Shown piece after piece: positions 1-9,441 of a stretch of DNA of 64,000 bases (within the stretch, counting starts at the first letter, position 1; each line of letters opens with the position of its first letter). The DNA lies in NCBI GenBank assembly GCA_012842045.1, contig DUTP01000005.1, positions 11,332 through 75,331 of the forward strand, given 5' to 3'. Source of the DNA: Candidatus Dojkabacteria bacterium. Lineage in GTDB: Bacteria > Patescibacteriota > Dojkabacteria > SC72. The position numbers and the translations under genes are program-made. The notes under the pieces were generated by a model. The model ran no database searches and had not been told where the DNA came from. It saw only the letters and a list, made by a program, of their open reading frames with translations.

Positions 1-163
1 TTTTTAATGCTTCCAAGAGCATTACTGTAAAACCATATGCTGCATTCACCTGTATTCCATCTTCTGTTTGAAGTGTTGGAGGATATGCATGGAATGCTCT
101 GTGTACTATTGCATTGGCATCTATGGCTAAGAATCTATCCTTACCATTTTTTATCAAATTCAT
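1..163 (-). CDS. polA: DNA polymerase I (5'-3' exonuclease domain), N-terminal fragment; the gene continues beyond the left edge of the window
   Basis: Reverse-strand translation from the ATG at 161-163 reads MNLIKNGKDRFLAIDANAIVHRAFHAYPPTLQTEDGIQVNAAYGFTVMLLEALK. This matches the conserved Pol I / 5'-nuclease N-terminus (LxxDGxxxxxRAxHAxPP...G....A.YGF). It is open to position 1. Confidence 0.6.
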   Translation of the reverse strand, partial: MNLIKNGKDRFLAIDANAIVHRAFHAYPPTLQTEDGIQVNAAYGFTVMLLEALK

Positions 164-462
164 ACATGTATTTTATCACAAAAGGTCTTGCCTAGGTCTG
201 CCCCTCGTTCACAACTTGTTCTTAATCTAAAAGTTGTAGTTCTCATATACCTTTTTGGTGTACCTGTTCCTCCGCTTACACCTAAAATCCGCACGCTTAC
301 AAAACCCGAGGTCCAGGAAACTGTTTGGTAGGTACATAACCATATGATTAAAATTTTCTTTCCAAGGGGTAGACCCAGGTCAGGCCTGTTGTACTCATCT
401 TCTAGAATTGGTATATTTAGACAACAAACAGGGTGTTTATATAATTTCTTAAACATATTTAT

Positions 463-1200
463 ATGGAAAAAGAAAAGAGACCCCAAGAAGAAGAGCAAAC
501 TTCCCCACCAAAGCAAACAGGAAAAACCTGTCCACTCATCCAAAAACCAAAACTTCTGATTGGAATCATTGTTCTGCTGCTCATCATTATCTTACTTCTG
601 TTATTCCTAATATTCAGAGATAAACAAACTACAAATGACAGTAAGATAGAAGACAAAAAAGTATCCGAAGAAGAGAAAGAGGTTAAACCTACGATCAATT
701 GTCCTGAAGGATATGAGATTGAAGGAGATGTATGTGAAAGAAAAGCCTCTAAACCTGCATCAAGTAAATTTGTATGTCCGGAAGGAATGATAGAGGTTGG
801 TCCTGATGGTCCATGTGGTCTGTACAAGCAGAAAGCAGAACCAACTCAAAGATGCCCAAAGGGAACTATCTATCAGGTTGAGATAAAGACTCTCTACTAT
901 TGCTACACACAATCAAGACCACCAGAGAGTTGTGGAGAGGATCCTGAAAGCTCGTATCTCGCCGATGGTAAATGCTACTATGCAAGAATTGATTCTGAAA
1001 CAACATATACTTGTCCTAGTAATATGGTTTCCTACAAAGGAGATTGTTATGCAAAAGCAGATAAAATTAAAAAATACTCATGTGATAGTGGGTATACACT
1101 TGAAGGAACTAATTGTGTAAAGGTAGAAAGAACGGAACAGATGAAAGATTGTCCTACTGGATATGAGTTGGAGATAGATAGGTGTGTAGTAGACAAATAG
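463..1200 (+). CDS. Membrane-anchored Cys-rich repeat protein (six CPxGY...C-type repeats), unknown function
   Basis: N-terminal charged segment, then a hydrophobic TM (LLIGIIVLLLIIILLLLFLIF). The ectodomain carries repeated motifs: CPEGYEIEGDVCERK, CPEGMIEVGPDGPCGLYK, CPKGTIYQ, CPSNMVSYKGDCYAK, CDSGYTLEGTNCVKV and CPTGYELEIDRCVVDK. Confidence 0.5.
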   Translation: MEKEKRPQEEEQTSPPKQTGKTCPLIQKPKLLIGIIVLLLIIILLLLFLIFRDKQTTNDSKIEDKKVSEEEKEVKPTINCPEGYEIEGDVCERKASKPASSKFVCPEGMIEVGPDGPCGLYKQKAEPTQRCPKGTIYQVEIKTLYYCYTQSRPPESCGEDPESSYLADGKCYYARIDSETTYTCPSNMVSYKGDCYAKADKIKKYSCDSGYTLEGTNCVKVERTEQMKDCPTGYELEIDRCVVDK

Positions 1201-1233
1201 TTATTTAATTTAATTTTAATTAATAAACAATAT

Positions 1234-1863
1234 ATGGACGAACAAAACAGCACTGGAAAACCCTCAGTTGTTCTAAAAACTGTAATTGCCATCTTGGCAA
1301 TAGGAGCTTGTGTTCTCGGGTTCTTTGTATATCAAGAGTTAAAGACAGAGAATAAATCCTTCAAAGATATGATTCTTGATATAACAAAAGGTGGAAAGAA
1401 AGAAGAGGTTGTAGAAGAAGATGAGGTGGTGGAGATTGTAACTGATAATACAGACGAGGAAGAGACCAAAACACCAGAAGTTAAAGCTCCTAGTATTTCA
1501 TTTACTAAAGATGAAATTGAAAATATTAAAGCAATATTAGACACATTAAATACACAACCACTTCTTGGATATATGGATGGAGATGTAATGATGTATTATG
1601 ATTCTGCAGAATTAAGCGAGACTCTTAATTCTACAAAAGCAACCCTGAAACTTGGTGAGTACTTTGCTAAAGCAAAGACACCATGGACTTTCCCTTTAAC
1701 AGAAGAACAGAAAGCTGAGTATGCTTCAAAGAGTGAGTTTAAGAAATTCTTTGGTGGAGATTGTTTAACAGGAATATCTAATAATTATTTAGTATCTCTC
1801 TGTTTTAATGAAAGTAAGAAGATAACAAAGATGCTGTTTTCTAACGATATGAGTATATATTAG
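1234..1863 (+). CDS. Hypothetical membrane-anchored protein
   Basis: Single N-terminal TM (VIAILAIGACVLGFFVY) followed by an acidic linker. No recognisable catalytic motif. A rho-independent terminator follows. Confidence 0.4.
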   Translation: MDEQNSTGKPSVVLKTVIAILAIGACVLGFFVYQELKTENKSFKDMILDITKGGKKEEVVEEDEVVEIVTDNTDEEETKTPEVKAPSISFTKDEIENIKAILDTLNTQPLLGYMDGDVMMYYDSAELSETLNSTKATLKLGEYFAKAKTPWTFPLTEEQKAEYASKSEFKKFFGGDCLTGISNNYLVSLCFNESKKITKMLFSNDMSIY

Positions 1864-1889
1864 GTTGAGTTAGTGAGATTAAAATAGCA

Positions 1890-1922
1890 GAAAAGAGGGG
1901 TATACACCCCCTCTTTTCTTTT
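1890..1922. terminator. Bidirectional rho-independent terminator between convergent genes
   Basis: aagagggg-tataca-cccctctt stem-loop followed by a T-run (ttcttttcc). It sits between the stop of the + gene (1863) and the stop of the - gene (1939). Confidence 0.6.
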
Positions 1923-1938
1923 CCTATCTCCAGAACCC

Positions 1939-3285
1939 TTAGTTTATAAAGATGCTTAGACCCTCATGCTGACCACCAGGAGTTTTAACCTGTAAAGAAA
2001 GTGGAGATCCTGGCCCTGTCGTCAAATTCTTACTTGTAATATTTACAAAAGCTCCTGAACTTCGATCAAAAGTAAAGAATTTAGGCACATCGTAAGATGA
2101 GGCAGAGAAGTTAGCTGTAACACCTCCAAAATATACATTCTTTGTTTCATTGGTGTTCATATGAAGTTGCCAATTAGAGTGAGACAGTTTCATCTCTCCT
2201 GTAACTTCAACCTCGTTACTCTTTACACCCCCAACTTCAACCCAGAATTTTCCAACACAATCAGTACGGAATGTTGCTCCACCACCAATAGTACCAGTAG
2301 TTTGATTCAAACTCATACAACCATTCTGTCCGTAATGATATGTTCCATAGAATTTTTTGTCGTCCTGTCCCTCTGCATCTGGTGGATTCACTACTACGGA
2401 CTTCACAGGAACAGTATTTCCTTCTCCAAGATAAGCAATGTTTCTGGTATATGTTAATGTTACTGAAACAACCGGATTAGTAACTGAAACATTAGCAATT
2501 GCTGTTTTCCCATTAGCTGTTTTCACTGTAATAACAGCATTACCTGTCTTAACAGCAGTAACAACACCCTTACTATTTACAGTTGCTACTGAAGTATCAC
2601 TAGAAGACCAAGTAACAGCCTTATTAGAAGCATTTGCAGGCAAAACAGTTGCAACTAAAGTACCTGTATTACCCTTTCTTAAAGCTAAACTTGTTTTATC
2701 TAGTGTTACACCCGTAACTTCTACATTTGCAGGAGTTTCATCTTTCTTCTCTTCCTTCTTTGCCTCTTCCCACTGAGCAACTAAGATAAGATCTTTTGTA
2801 ACTGGTTGTGTAAAATCATACTCCTCACCATCTAAGAACCACCCTTTAAATGTAGCATTAGCCTTAGTAGGTCTTAATGGTATAGTAACAACATCATTTT
2901 CTTCTACTTCTATCTCCATTGATGATTTCCCATTATCTGGCATAAATGTTACCTTAAATGTTACAGCATCCTCTGGTATCCAGCTAGCTACTAATTTAAT
3001 ATCATTAGTAATCTCAGCTGAAGGTGCAAATGGTTGTCCATCTAATAACCAACCATTAAACTTAAACCCTTCTTTGGTTGGATCTTCTGGGAAATCAACA
3101 ACCTCTCCATCCTTAACAACAATCTGTTCAATAACAGTACCACCATCAGTATCAAAAGTTATAGTATATGTTTTTTCCTTCTTTAGGAAAAAGAATGCTG
3201 CTATAGCTGCAAGCAATAACAAAGCACCTCCTACAATGTAGAGAAGCTTTTTGTTTTTAAGAACTTCTTTTGGTTTGTTCTCCAT
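1939..3285 (-). CDS. Cell-surface protein with two Listeria-Bacteroides (Flg_new-type) repeats and a Big_2 (bacterial Ig-like) domain
   Basis: N-terminal TM anchor. Two ~65-aa repeats match the Listeria-Bacteroides repeat pattern: YTITFDTDGGTV...FKFNGWLLDGQPF...IKLVASW and FKVTFMPDNG...ATFKGWFLDGEEYDF...LILVAQW. A Big_2-like segment follows: VTGVTLDKTSLALRKGNTGTLVATVLPANASNKAVTWSSSDTSVATVNSKGVVTAVKTGNAVITV. Confidence 0.55.
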   Translation of the reverse strand: MENKPKEVLKNKKLLYIVGGALLLLAAIAAFFFLKKEKTYTITFDTDGGTVIEQIVVKDGEVVDFPEDPTKEGFKFNGWLLDGQPFAPSAEITNDIKLVASWIPEDAVTFKVTFMPDNGKSSMEIEVEENDVVTIPLRPTKANATFKGWFLDGEEYDFTQPVTKDLILVAQWEEAKKEEKKDETPANVEVTGVTLDKTSLALRKGNTGTLVATVLPANASNKAVTWSSSDTSVATVNSKGVVTAVKTGNAVITVKTANGKTAIANVSVTNPVVSVTLTYTRNIAYLGEGNTVPVKSVVVNPPDAEGQDDKKFYGTYHYGQNGCMSLNQTTGTIGGGATFRTDCVGKFWVEVGGVKSNEVEVTGEMKLSHSNWQLHMNTNETKNVYFGGVTANFSASSYDVPKFFTFDRSSGAFVNITSKNLTTGPGSPLSLQVKTPGGQHEGLSIFIN

Positions 3286-3363
3286 AGTTGAAATGTAAAA
3301 TTTAAATGATATCTAAATAATAGCATAAACAAGGGGGATTTCAAAAGTTCTCTTAAGCCTAGT

Positions 3364-3693
3364 ATGATATATTATAGTATAGAGATGAAAGAGTTTATAA
3401 CCAAAAACATAGAGAAAGTAGCTAAGGGGTTAAGTTTTGAGGATTGTGCTAATGATATCCCAGACTATACTTTTACTAAGGAAGAGGTTTCTACTATCTC
3501 ATACATCCAAAAAATGCTTCCTCTAGCATGTGCTAGATATCTCAAGAATGAAATTTTACTCGAGGATTTAGTTAGTAAAGCTAACTATATTATGTTTGAT
3601 AGGTATAACCCTAGTATGTTAAGTAGATTATTAAAAAAAGATCTTTGTGATTTTATAATGCTACTTGGAGAAGCTGATTACTGTTTAGAATAA
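3364..3693 (+). CDS. Hypothetical protein (109 aa)
   Basis: Open frame that converges on the ftsH stop. No motif recognised. Confidence 0.3.
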   Translation: MIYYSIEMKEFITKNIEKVAKGLSFEDCANDIPDYTFTKEEVSTISYIQKMLPLACARYLKNEILLEDLVSKANYIMFDRYNPSMLSRLLKKDLCDFIMLLGEADYCLE

Positions 3694-3694
3694 C

Positions 3695-5599
3695 TTATTT
3701 CTTCTCTATAAACAGTTCCTCAAACTCTTCTCTTGTAACAACTTCTTTCTCTAGTAGCAAGTCAACCAATTTCTCAACATACTCTTTCTGTTCTGTTAGA
3801 ACTTTCTTTGCATCCACATATGCTTCATCAATTAACCTCTTCACTTCAGCATCTATTGTCTTTGCTGTTTCCTCACTAAAGTCTCTGCCACCACCATATT
3901 TGTATCCTAGATGAGAAGTCTCATCCATATCACCATATTTAACCATACCTAACTTTTCACTCATACCGTATTTCATAACCATCTCTTTAGCTAATTCTGT
4001 TGCCTGTTCAATATCTGCAGAAGCACCTGAAGAAATATCATCCAAGAATATCTCCTCAGCAGCTCTACCACCAACACCACTTCTTAACCAAGCTAACATT
4101 TGAGCCTTGTAAAGAGTTTTTCTCTCTTTCTCTGGAATGTAAACTGTTACTCCTCCTGTCATACCTCTTGGAATAATGGAAACCTGCTCTACTGGGTCAG
4201 AACCTGGTGTAAATTTAGCAACAATCGCATGCCCTGCTTCATGATATGCTGTCTTCCTCAAATCCTCTTCCTCTGTCTCCCTATTTTTCTTTCTACCAAG
4301 TTTAACCTTTAAAAATGCTTCATCTATATCATCCTGCCCTATCTCCTTATCACCCTCCTGTGCAGCCATAATTGCTGCTTCATTGAGAATATTTTCTAAA
4401 TCTGCACCAGAATACCCTATTGTCTTCTTAGCAAGATCTTTTAGATTAACACCCTCTGCAAACTTCTTGTTCTTAGCATGCACCGCTAAAATCTCTTCTC
4501 TACCCTTAGCATCTGGCATATGAACTACAACCATCCTATCAAACCTACCAGGTCTTAAAATTGCTGGATCAAGCACATCTGGCCTGTTTGTAGCTGCAAG
4601 TACAATTACATTCTCCCTTTCTTCCAAACCATCCATCTCAACAAGAATTTGATTAAGAGTCTGTTCTCCTGCACCAGAATGAAGTACTGTACCTCTCTTC
4701 TTAGCAACAGCATCAATCTCATCGATAAAGATAATACATGGTGTAGTATTCCTTGCCTTCTTGAAAAGGTCTCTCACCCTTGAAGCACCAGCACCTACCA
4801 ACATCTCCTCAAATTCAGAACCAGATGTATGGAAAAATGGAACACCAGCTTCACCAGCGATAGCTTTTGCTAAGAGTGTCTTACCTGTACCCGGAGCACC
4901 AGCTAAAAGAACACCCCTTGGAATTCGTGCTCCCAAATCTCTGTATTTCTTAGGATTTTTAAGAAAATCCACAATCTCTGTTAATTCCTCTTTAACATCA
5001 TCAATACCTGCAACATCATCAAAAGATGTCCCTGTCTTCTTACCAAACAACATCCTAGCTTTACTCTCACCAAAATCCATAATCTTACCACCAGAAGCCT
5101 GCATATTTTTAATCATGAAAAACCCAAGTGTTACTGCTGCTGTTAAAAAGAGTAAAGTCAACACATCACCAAAAGATATCCCAACTTTCGGTTCATAGAA
5201 ATCATCTCCTAACTCTTTAATATCTATCTCTGCATCAGAGAGGACTTGATAAAAATCCATTCCTTGAGGTAATCTTGCATACTCTTTTCTAACAACATCC
5301 CTACCAGCAATCTTCTCTTCCTTTTCTAAAACAACCATATCATCTTTCAGAACAATCTTGTCATAGTCTTTCTCTGAAATACTTGTAATCACATTACTAA
5401 CGGAAACTTCCTCTCCTTTATAGGAAAGAAGACCATAAAGATACATACCTAGAGACACCAAAACTACTATACTTATAATAGCTGGGACACTAGGAAGCTT
5501 AACTCTTCTCCCAGTAGGCATCTTTCTCAAATCCACAACATATACATTCTTCTTATCTTCTGTCTTTTTATTCTTCTTTTTATCTTTCTGTTCGCTCAT
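3695..5599 (-). CDS. ftsH: ATP-dependent zinc metalloprotease FtsH
   Basis: Two N-terminal TMs, AAA+ Walker A ([23 protein letters not shown]), Walker B ([10 protein letters not shown]), second region of homology (SRR) and the zinc-binding HEAGHA motif. Lys-rich N-terminal extension. Confidence 0.95.
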   Translation of the reverse strand: MSEQKDKKKNKKTEDKKNVYVVDLRKMPTGRRVKLPSVPAIISIVVLVSLGMYLYGLLSYKGEEVSVSNVITSISEKDYDKIVLKDDMVVLEKEEKIAGRDVVRKEYARLPQGMDFYQVLSDAEIDIKELGDDFYEPKVGISFGDVLTLLFLTAAVTLGFFMIKNMQASGGKIMDFGESKARMLFGKKTGTSFDDVAGIDDVKEELTEIVDFLKNPKKYRDLGARIPRGVLLAGAPGTGKTLLAKAIAGEAGVPFFHTSGSEFEEMLVGAGASRVRDLFKKARNTTPCIIFIDEIDAVAKKRGTVLHSGAGEQTLNQILVEMDGLEERENVIVLAATNRPDVLDPAILRPGRFDRMVVVHMPDAKGREEILAVHAKNKKFAEGVNLKDLAKKTIGYSGADLENILNEAAIMAAQEGDKEIGQDDIDEAFLKVKLGRKKNRETEEEDLRKTAYHEAGHAIVAKFTPGSDPVEQVSIIPRGMTGGVTVYIPEKERKTLYKAQMLAWLRSGVGGRAAEEIFLDDISSGASADIEQATELAKEMVMKYGMSEKLGMVKYGDMDETSHLGYKYGGGRDFSEETAKTIDAEVKRLIDEAYVDAKKVLTEQKEYVEKLVDLLLEKEVVTREEFEELFIEKK

Positions 5600-5649
5600 A
5601 GACCTAAAGTTTCAATTTTAAATAAGATAGGAATATTATCTTTAAAGTA

Positions 5650-5723
5650 TGGTGGGAAGTGGAATCGAACCACCGACCTTGGGTTTATGAATCCCATGCT
5701 CTAACCAACTGAGCTATCCCACC
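5650..5723 (-). tRNA. tRNA-Met (anticodon CAU), elongator type (G1-C72 pair); could alternatively be a lysidine-type tRNA-Ile2
   Basis: Reverse strand reads GGUGGGAUAGCUCAGUUGGUUAGAGCAUGGGAUUCAUAAACCCAAGGUCGGUGGUUCGAUUCCACUUCCCACCA. Full cloverleaf with anticodon loop UUCAUAA and T-loop GGUUCGAUUCC. CCA is encoded. Confidence 0.85.
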
Positions 5724-5835
5724 AAGTACTAGCAATTATATCAAAGAACTCCAGATAAGGTAACCACAGGTGTTTGTATATACAGAGAGAGAACTATTAG
5801 TGATTTTGAAGAGATATTTAACATACTATAAGGTG

Positions 5836-6396
5836 CTAAGATGCTTTTCCTGTATACTGTCCTGTTTCTGTATTAATTTTAACAATATCTCCCTGTTTAA
5901 TGAAAAGAGGAACATGAACCTTGTAACCTGTCTCTAGAGTCACTTCTTTTGTAGCTGAGCTAGAAGTATTCCCCCTCACTGCATCAACCGCCTTTGTAAC
6001 TTCAAGTTCAACCGATGGATTCTCTTTCAAAGTTAGTATTTTTCCTTCATAGACCATTACTAAAACAGTTTCTCCCTCTTTAAGAAATTGTACATAATCA
6101 CCAACAACATCCTTTGGAATCATAACGGTTTCGTATGTTTCTGAATCCATAAAATATGAACCTGCATCATCAGAATACAAGAACTGGAAAGCTTTTGTCT
6201 CCGGTTCTATATATTCTACCTTAGCACCAGCCTTAATTGTCTTATTTACAATCTGACCATTATCCAAAGCTTTCATCCTAAGAATTATCAAACCCCCTTG
6301 TCTTCCTTGTGTTTTTAATTGTCTCTCCTGTACAAGAAAAACTCTACCTTCTTCTAAAAGATACATACCTTTTACTGGTTGTGTCGTTACTGGCAT
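5836..6396 (-). CDS. efp: Elongation factor P
   Basis: 186 aa. The N-terminal KOW-like region carries the conserved loop (LKTQGRQGG in place of KPGKG), and a central FMDSETYE motif is typical of EF-P. Confidence 0.85.
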   Translation of the reverse strand: MPVTTQPVKGMYLLEEGRVFLVQERQLKTQGRQGGLIILRMKALDNGQIVNKTIKAGAKVEYIEPETKAFQFLYSDDAGSYFMDSETYETVMIPKDVVGDYVQFLKEGETVLVMVYEGKILTLKENPSVELEVTKAVDAVRGNTSSSATKEVTLETGYKVHVPLFIKQGDIVKINTETGQYTGKAS

Positions 6397-6430
6397 ATTA
6401 ATATCTACTTAATTAAACAATGGAATTCTA

Positions 6431-7357
6431 TCACCTCTCTAAATACTCCACAACCTTAGGGAAAATCTCCTTCCTCATTAAAATACCTTCATACTTAGTC
6501 CCTTTGTCAATATCAGAAAGATTAAAAATACTTGAAAACAGCCCTGTAGAAGAATGATCTATTGTTAAAAAGTAGTTAAAGCCATCAATAATATCAACAA
6601 CTGAAAGAAGGAGATAATCTAAACTATTCTCCCCCTTTATCTCGCTCAAAACTCTTCTAATATTACCTTCTAACTCCTTCACCCTCCTAACAGCATCAGA
6701 CAACTCAAGTTGAACAACCCCTACTCTCTCTCCTTGAATTTCATAAAACTTGAATTCCTCTCTCATTATCTCATTTAAATTCTCTTTATTAATATTTGAT
6801 TTATACTCAAACATACTTGCTACATAGCTACTCTCAACCATACTAATCTCCTTCAACCATTCCCCCATATCCCTATCCCTCTGTGTTGTTACGTTATTTC
6901 TAAAATTTACAGTATTAGAAACAATTGCAGAGTAAAGGAGAACTGCAGTATCTCTAGAGGGAAGAATACCCACTTCCTGAAATCTCTCAGCTATCAATGT
7001 AGCACAAGACCCAACTAAATCTATATGAAGTTCAGCATTCGGAAAACCTTGTATATACGCTAACTTTCTATGATCTATAACCTCAAAGACCTTGTTAATA
7101 TCTATCAACTCATCTATTCCGTTAGGGTCAGAAACATCAACGAGAATAATCTCTCCATCACCATACCCATTCTGTACCAATTCAATATTCAAACCACCTA
7201 AATATTTCTTAACAAACTCTGTTTCCTCACCAATATCTCCTGCATATACCGCTCTTGCTTGCTTACCTTGCATATTAAGTAGTTCAGCATAACCAATAGC
7301 ACATGCAACACAATCAATATCTGGATTTACATACCCCGTTATAGTAATCATTGTCAC
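6431..7357 (-). CDS. DHH-family phosphoesterase (NrnA-like oligoribonuclease/pAp phosphatase)
   Basis: N-terminal ITITGYVNPDIDCVACAIGYAELL (DHH motif I-like), DVSDPNG and a VIDHRK (DHH) motif. ~308 aa, consistent with DHH plus DHHA1 domains. Confidence 0.65.
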   Translation of the reverse strand: MTMITITGYVNPDIDCVACAIGYAELLNMQGKQARAVYAGDIGEETEFVKKYLGGLNIELVQNGYGDGEIILVDVSDPNGIDELIDINKVFEVIDHRKLAYIQGFPNAELHIDLVGSCATLIAERFQEVGILPSRDTAVLLYSAIVSNTVNFRNNVTTQRDRDMGEWLKEISMVESSYVASMFEYKSNINKENLNEIMREEFKFYEIQGERVGVVQLELSDAVRRVKELEGNIRRVLSEIKGENSLDYLLLSVVDIIDGFNYFLTIDHSSTGLFSSIFNLSDIDKGTKYEGILMRKEIFPKVVEYLER

Positions 7358-7429
7358 ATTGATATTACCACACTTTTAATTCCTTGACATATTTAAGTAT
7401 TTCGGTGATAAATAGGTAGAATAATTTAA

Positions 7430-8671
7430 TTGAATAAATATATGGAAAACAAACCAATTAAATATTGTCTCTTAGTACTTAGTTCATTACTCCTTCTAGT
7501 CATTGGAGCAATTTTTGGAGCCAAATATATGTACAATCGAAATGCAGAAACAGTAAAAAATGTAAAACCTAAAGGAATGATGTTGTTAATTGAATTTAAC
7601 AATACAGATGGACTAGCAAATATGGTAAATGATATGAGGGAAAGGAATATTAAAGGATTATTAATGGTCAATGCCGATTTCATAAAGAAGAATGCTGAGG
7701 AATTAAAAGAAATTCTTAAAACAGGAGTAGTAGAACTCTGCCCTTCATATGATCCAGAGCCTTTCTGGGGAATGCCTTACGAAAAACAATATACAATTAT
7801 TAAGGAAATGTTAGAAAATTCCAAAGAATACCTAGGTGTTACTCCAAGAGCTATTAGTTCAAGATATATGGCATCTGATGAAATAACTCTAAAGGTGGCC
7901 GATGAATTAGGGATTGAATATATCACAGCGAGGGGTACAACAGAGTTAGCAACAACTATCTACAAACCAGAAGAATATGATGTAAAGATTATCTCCGTTT
8001 CAAATATTGATGTCCCTGAATTTAAATATGGTAGTTTCTGTGATTACAGTTTCTACGAAAGAGCTGGAGAGCCAGAGGATATGGAAGAGCAGTTTAAGAG
8101 GGCAATCCAGAACAAGAAGATAATGGCAACATCACATACATATATCGGTGGATACAAAGAGAGATGGAATGAGATGTGGCATAGATTGTGGGATAACTAC
8201 GGTGTTGAATGGGTAGATTTAGATACTTTAGGAACTGTAGACAAGACAATGCCTACATGGCAGATTCCTGTAAACAGAAATGCGCCATATACTCCAGAGA
8301 AAATTAGACCTAAACTTGAATTCCAAGATGAAGCAAATGTAATGAATCCATGCAAGGTAGAAGACCTTAATGAAGATAGTACATATGTACCAGAGGAGAA
8401 AAACAACAGAGTAGTAGTATTCCACAATGGAAGTGGAAACATGTGCTTAGATTTATTAGCTTTTTTCAAGGAACACAACATAGAATATGAAGAACACTTA
8501 ACAACAGATACTGACTTTATCTCACAACTTAATTCTTACAAAAAAGGTAAGAGTGAAGGTGTATCTGACTCATACGGATACTACCCAATTATCTTTATTA
8601 ATGACAGAGCCTTCTCCGGATTTAACAAAGATATAGAGGGAGAAATCAAGAAGATATTGGAGATTAAGTAG
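7430..8671 (+). CDS. Hypothetical membrane-anchored protein with a C-terminal glutaredoxin-fold-like domain
   Basis: N-terminal TM. The C-terminal ~90 aa (VVVFHNGSGNMCLDLLAFFKEHNIEYEEHLTT...YPIIFINDRAFSGFN) follows a glutaredoxin/NrdH-like beta-alpha-beta layout but has a single Cys (GNMC) where the CPYC site would be. Confidence 0.4.
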   Translation: MNKYMENKPIKYCLLVLSSLLLLVIGAIFGAKYMYNRNAETVKNVKPKGMMLLIEFNNTDGLANMVNDMRERNIKGLLMVNADFIKKNAEELKEILKTGVVELCPSYDPEPFWGMPYEKQYTIIKEMLENSKEYLGVTPRAISSRYMASDEITLKVADELGIEYITARGTTELATTIYKPEEYDVKIISVSNIDVPEFKYGSFCDYSFYERAGEPEDMEEQFKRAIQNKKIMATSHTYIGGYKERWNEMWHRLWDNYGVEWVDLDTLGTVDKTMPTWQIPVNRNAPYTPEKIRPKLEFQDEANVMNPCKVEDLNEDSTYVPEEKNNRVVVFHNGSGNMCLDLLAFFKEHNIEYEEHLTTDTDFISQLNSYKKGKSEGVSDSYGYYPIIFINDRAFSGFNKDIEGEIKKILEIK

Positions 8672-8677
8672 AAAAAT

Positions 8678-8751
8678 GGTTGCGGGGGCTGGATTCGAAC
8701 CAGCGACCTTTAGGTTATGAGCCTAACGAGCTTCCACTGCTCTACCCCGCG
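8678..8751 (-). tRNA. Initiator tRNA-fMet (anticodon CAU) with a C1·A72 mismatch
   Basis: Reverse strand reads CGCGGGGUAGAGCAGUGGAAGCUCGUUAGGCUCAUAACCUAAAGGUCGCUGGUUCGAAUCCAGCCCCCGCAACCA. The unpaired C1·A72 at the acceptor end is the hallmark of bacterial initiator tRNA. Anticodon loop CUCAUAA. Confidence 0.8.
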
Positions 8752-8787
8752 GTAACTACCTATTTATACCACTTTTAAAGCTTTTGT

Positions 8788-9243
8788 TCAAATACCGTAT
8801 TTAAGAAATTCGTACCAAACAATATATGTTGGATCTTGAACCTTCTCCTGATTACCATAGAGATATGTATCAATTCCCTCTTTAGCGTGTTCTAACAAGG
8901 ATTCTGGTATCACAAAAAGATATTCATTCTCTCCACTAAAATTCAATCTATCTCTCGCCTGTACTTCTAAATATTCAGGTGTTTGCATAGATTCTAGTGC
9001 TAGTTCTAGTTTCAAATTCTTCAATCTCAACTCATCAACCTCCTGCTTTGCTCTTTTTGATATCTCTAGCTTCTCGCTTGTTATTTTAATCGAGTTATAT
9101 ACACTGTAAAAAAGAAAAATTGCTATACCCACAAGTGCAATCTGCACTAATTTACTGCTGAGAAACACATTGGCAGGTTTTTTAACCCCTCTCGATTCTT
9201 CAGTTACTAACTCTTTTACATCTCTGTATATTACTTTCCCCAT
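8788..9243 (-). CDS. Septum formation initiator family protein (FtsB/DivIC-like)
   Basis: Short cytoplasmic N-terminus, one TM (IALVGIAIFLFYSVY), a coiled coil, and the family-typical motif EYLEVQARDRLNFSGENEYLFVIPE. Confidence 0.6.
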   Translation of the reverse strand: MGKVIYRDVKELVTEESRGVKKPANVFLSSKLVQIALVGIAIFLFYSVYNSIKITSEKLEISKRAKQEVDELRLKNLKLELALESMQTPEYLEVQARDRLNFSGENEYLFVIPESLLEHAKEGIDTYLYGNQEKVQDPTYIVWYEFLKYGI

Positions 9244-9441
9244 ATCTTATATTAACAGTTTAAGGAAGCATGCTCAACTACAACATTTTCAACGAATAAG
9301 GAGGTGTAGAACCTAATTCTCCAAAAGAGGGCCAACCAACCTATATACTTTTACTATTGCTCTCAAGGTCCAAGGATGATATAATTAGTCTATAGCTGTA
9401 CAGTGCAGTTGTATGCCCCTTAATTTAAGGTTTTTGTAGAC

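Noticed and set aside
163-462. SRP RNA (4.5S) call
   Set aside because: The CCAGGUCAGG-like string is present, but the partner GGAA tetraloop and AGCAGC strand of helix 8 are not. It is kept only as a low-interest finding.
160-543. 127-aa ORF on the - strand spanning the polA-upstream spacer
   Set aside because: Low-complexity, Cys/Leu/Phe-rich translation. It overlaps the start of the real polA fragment (1..163) and the start of the 463..1200 gene, so it is most likely a spurious frame in an intergenic or possible ncRNA region.
2161-2776. Two + strand ORFs (98 and 112 aa) inside the surface-protein gene
   Set aside because: They are antisense to a well-supported CDS with recognisable domains. 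Their composition is Thr/Val-rich and mirrors the sense strand.
4761-5198. 145-aa + strand ORF antisense to ftsH
   Set aside because: It lies entirely within the FtsH AAA+ domain coding region on the other strand.
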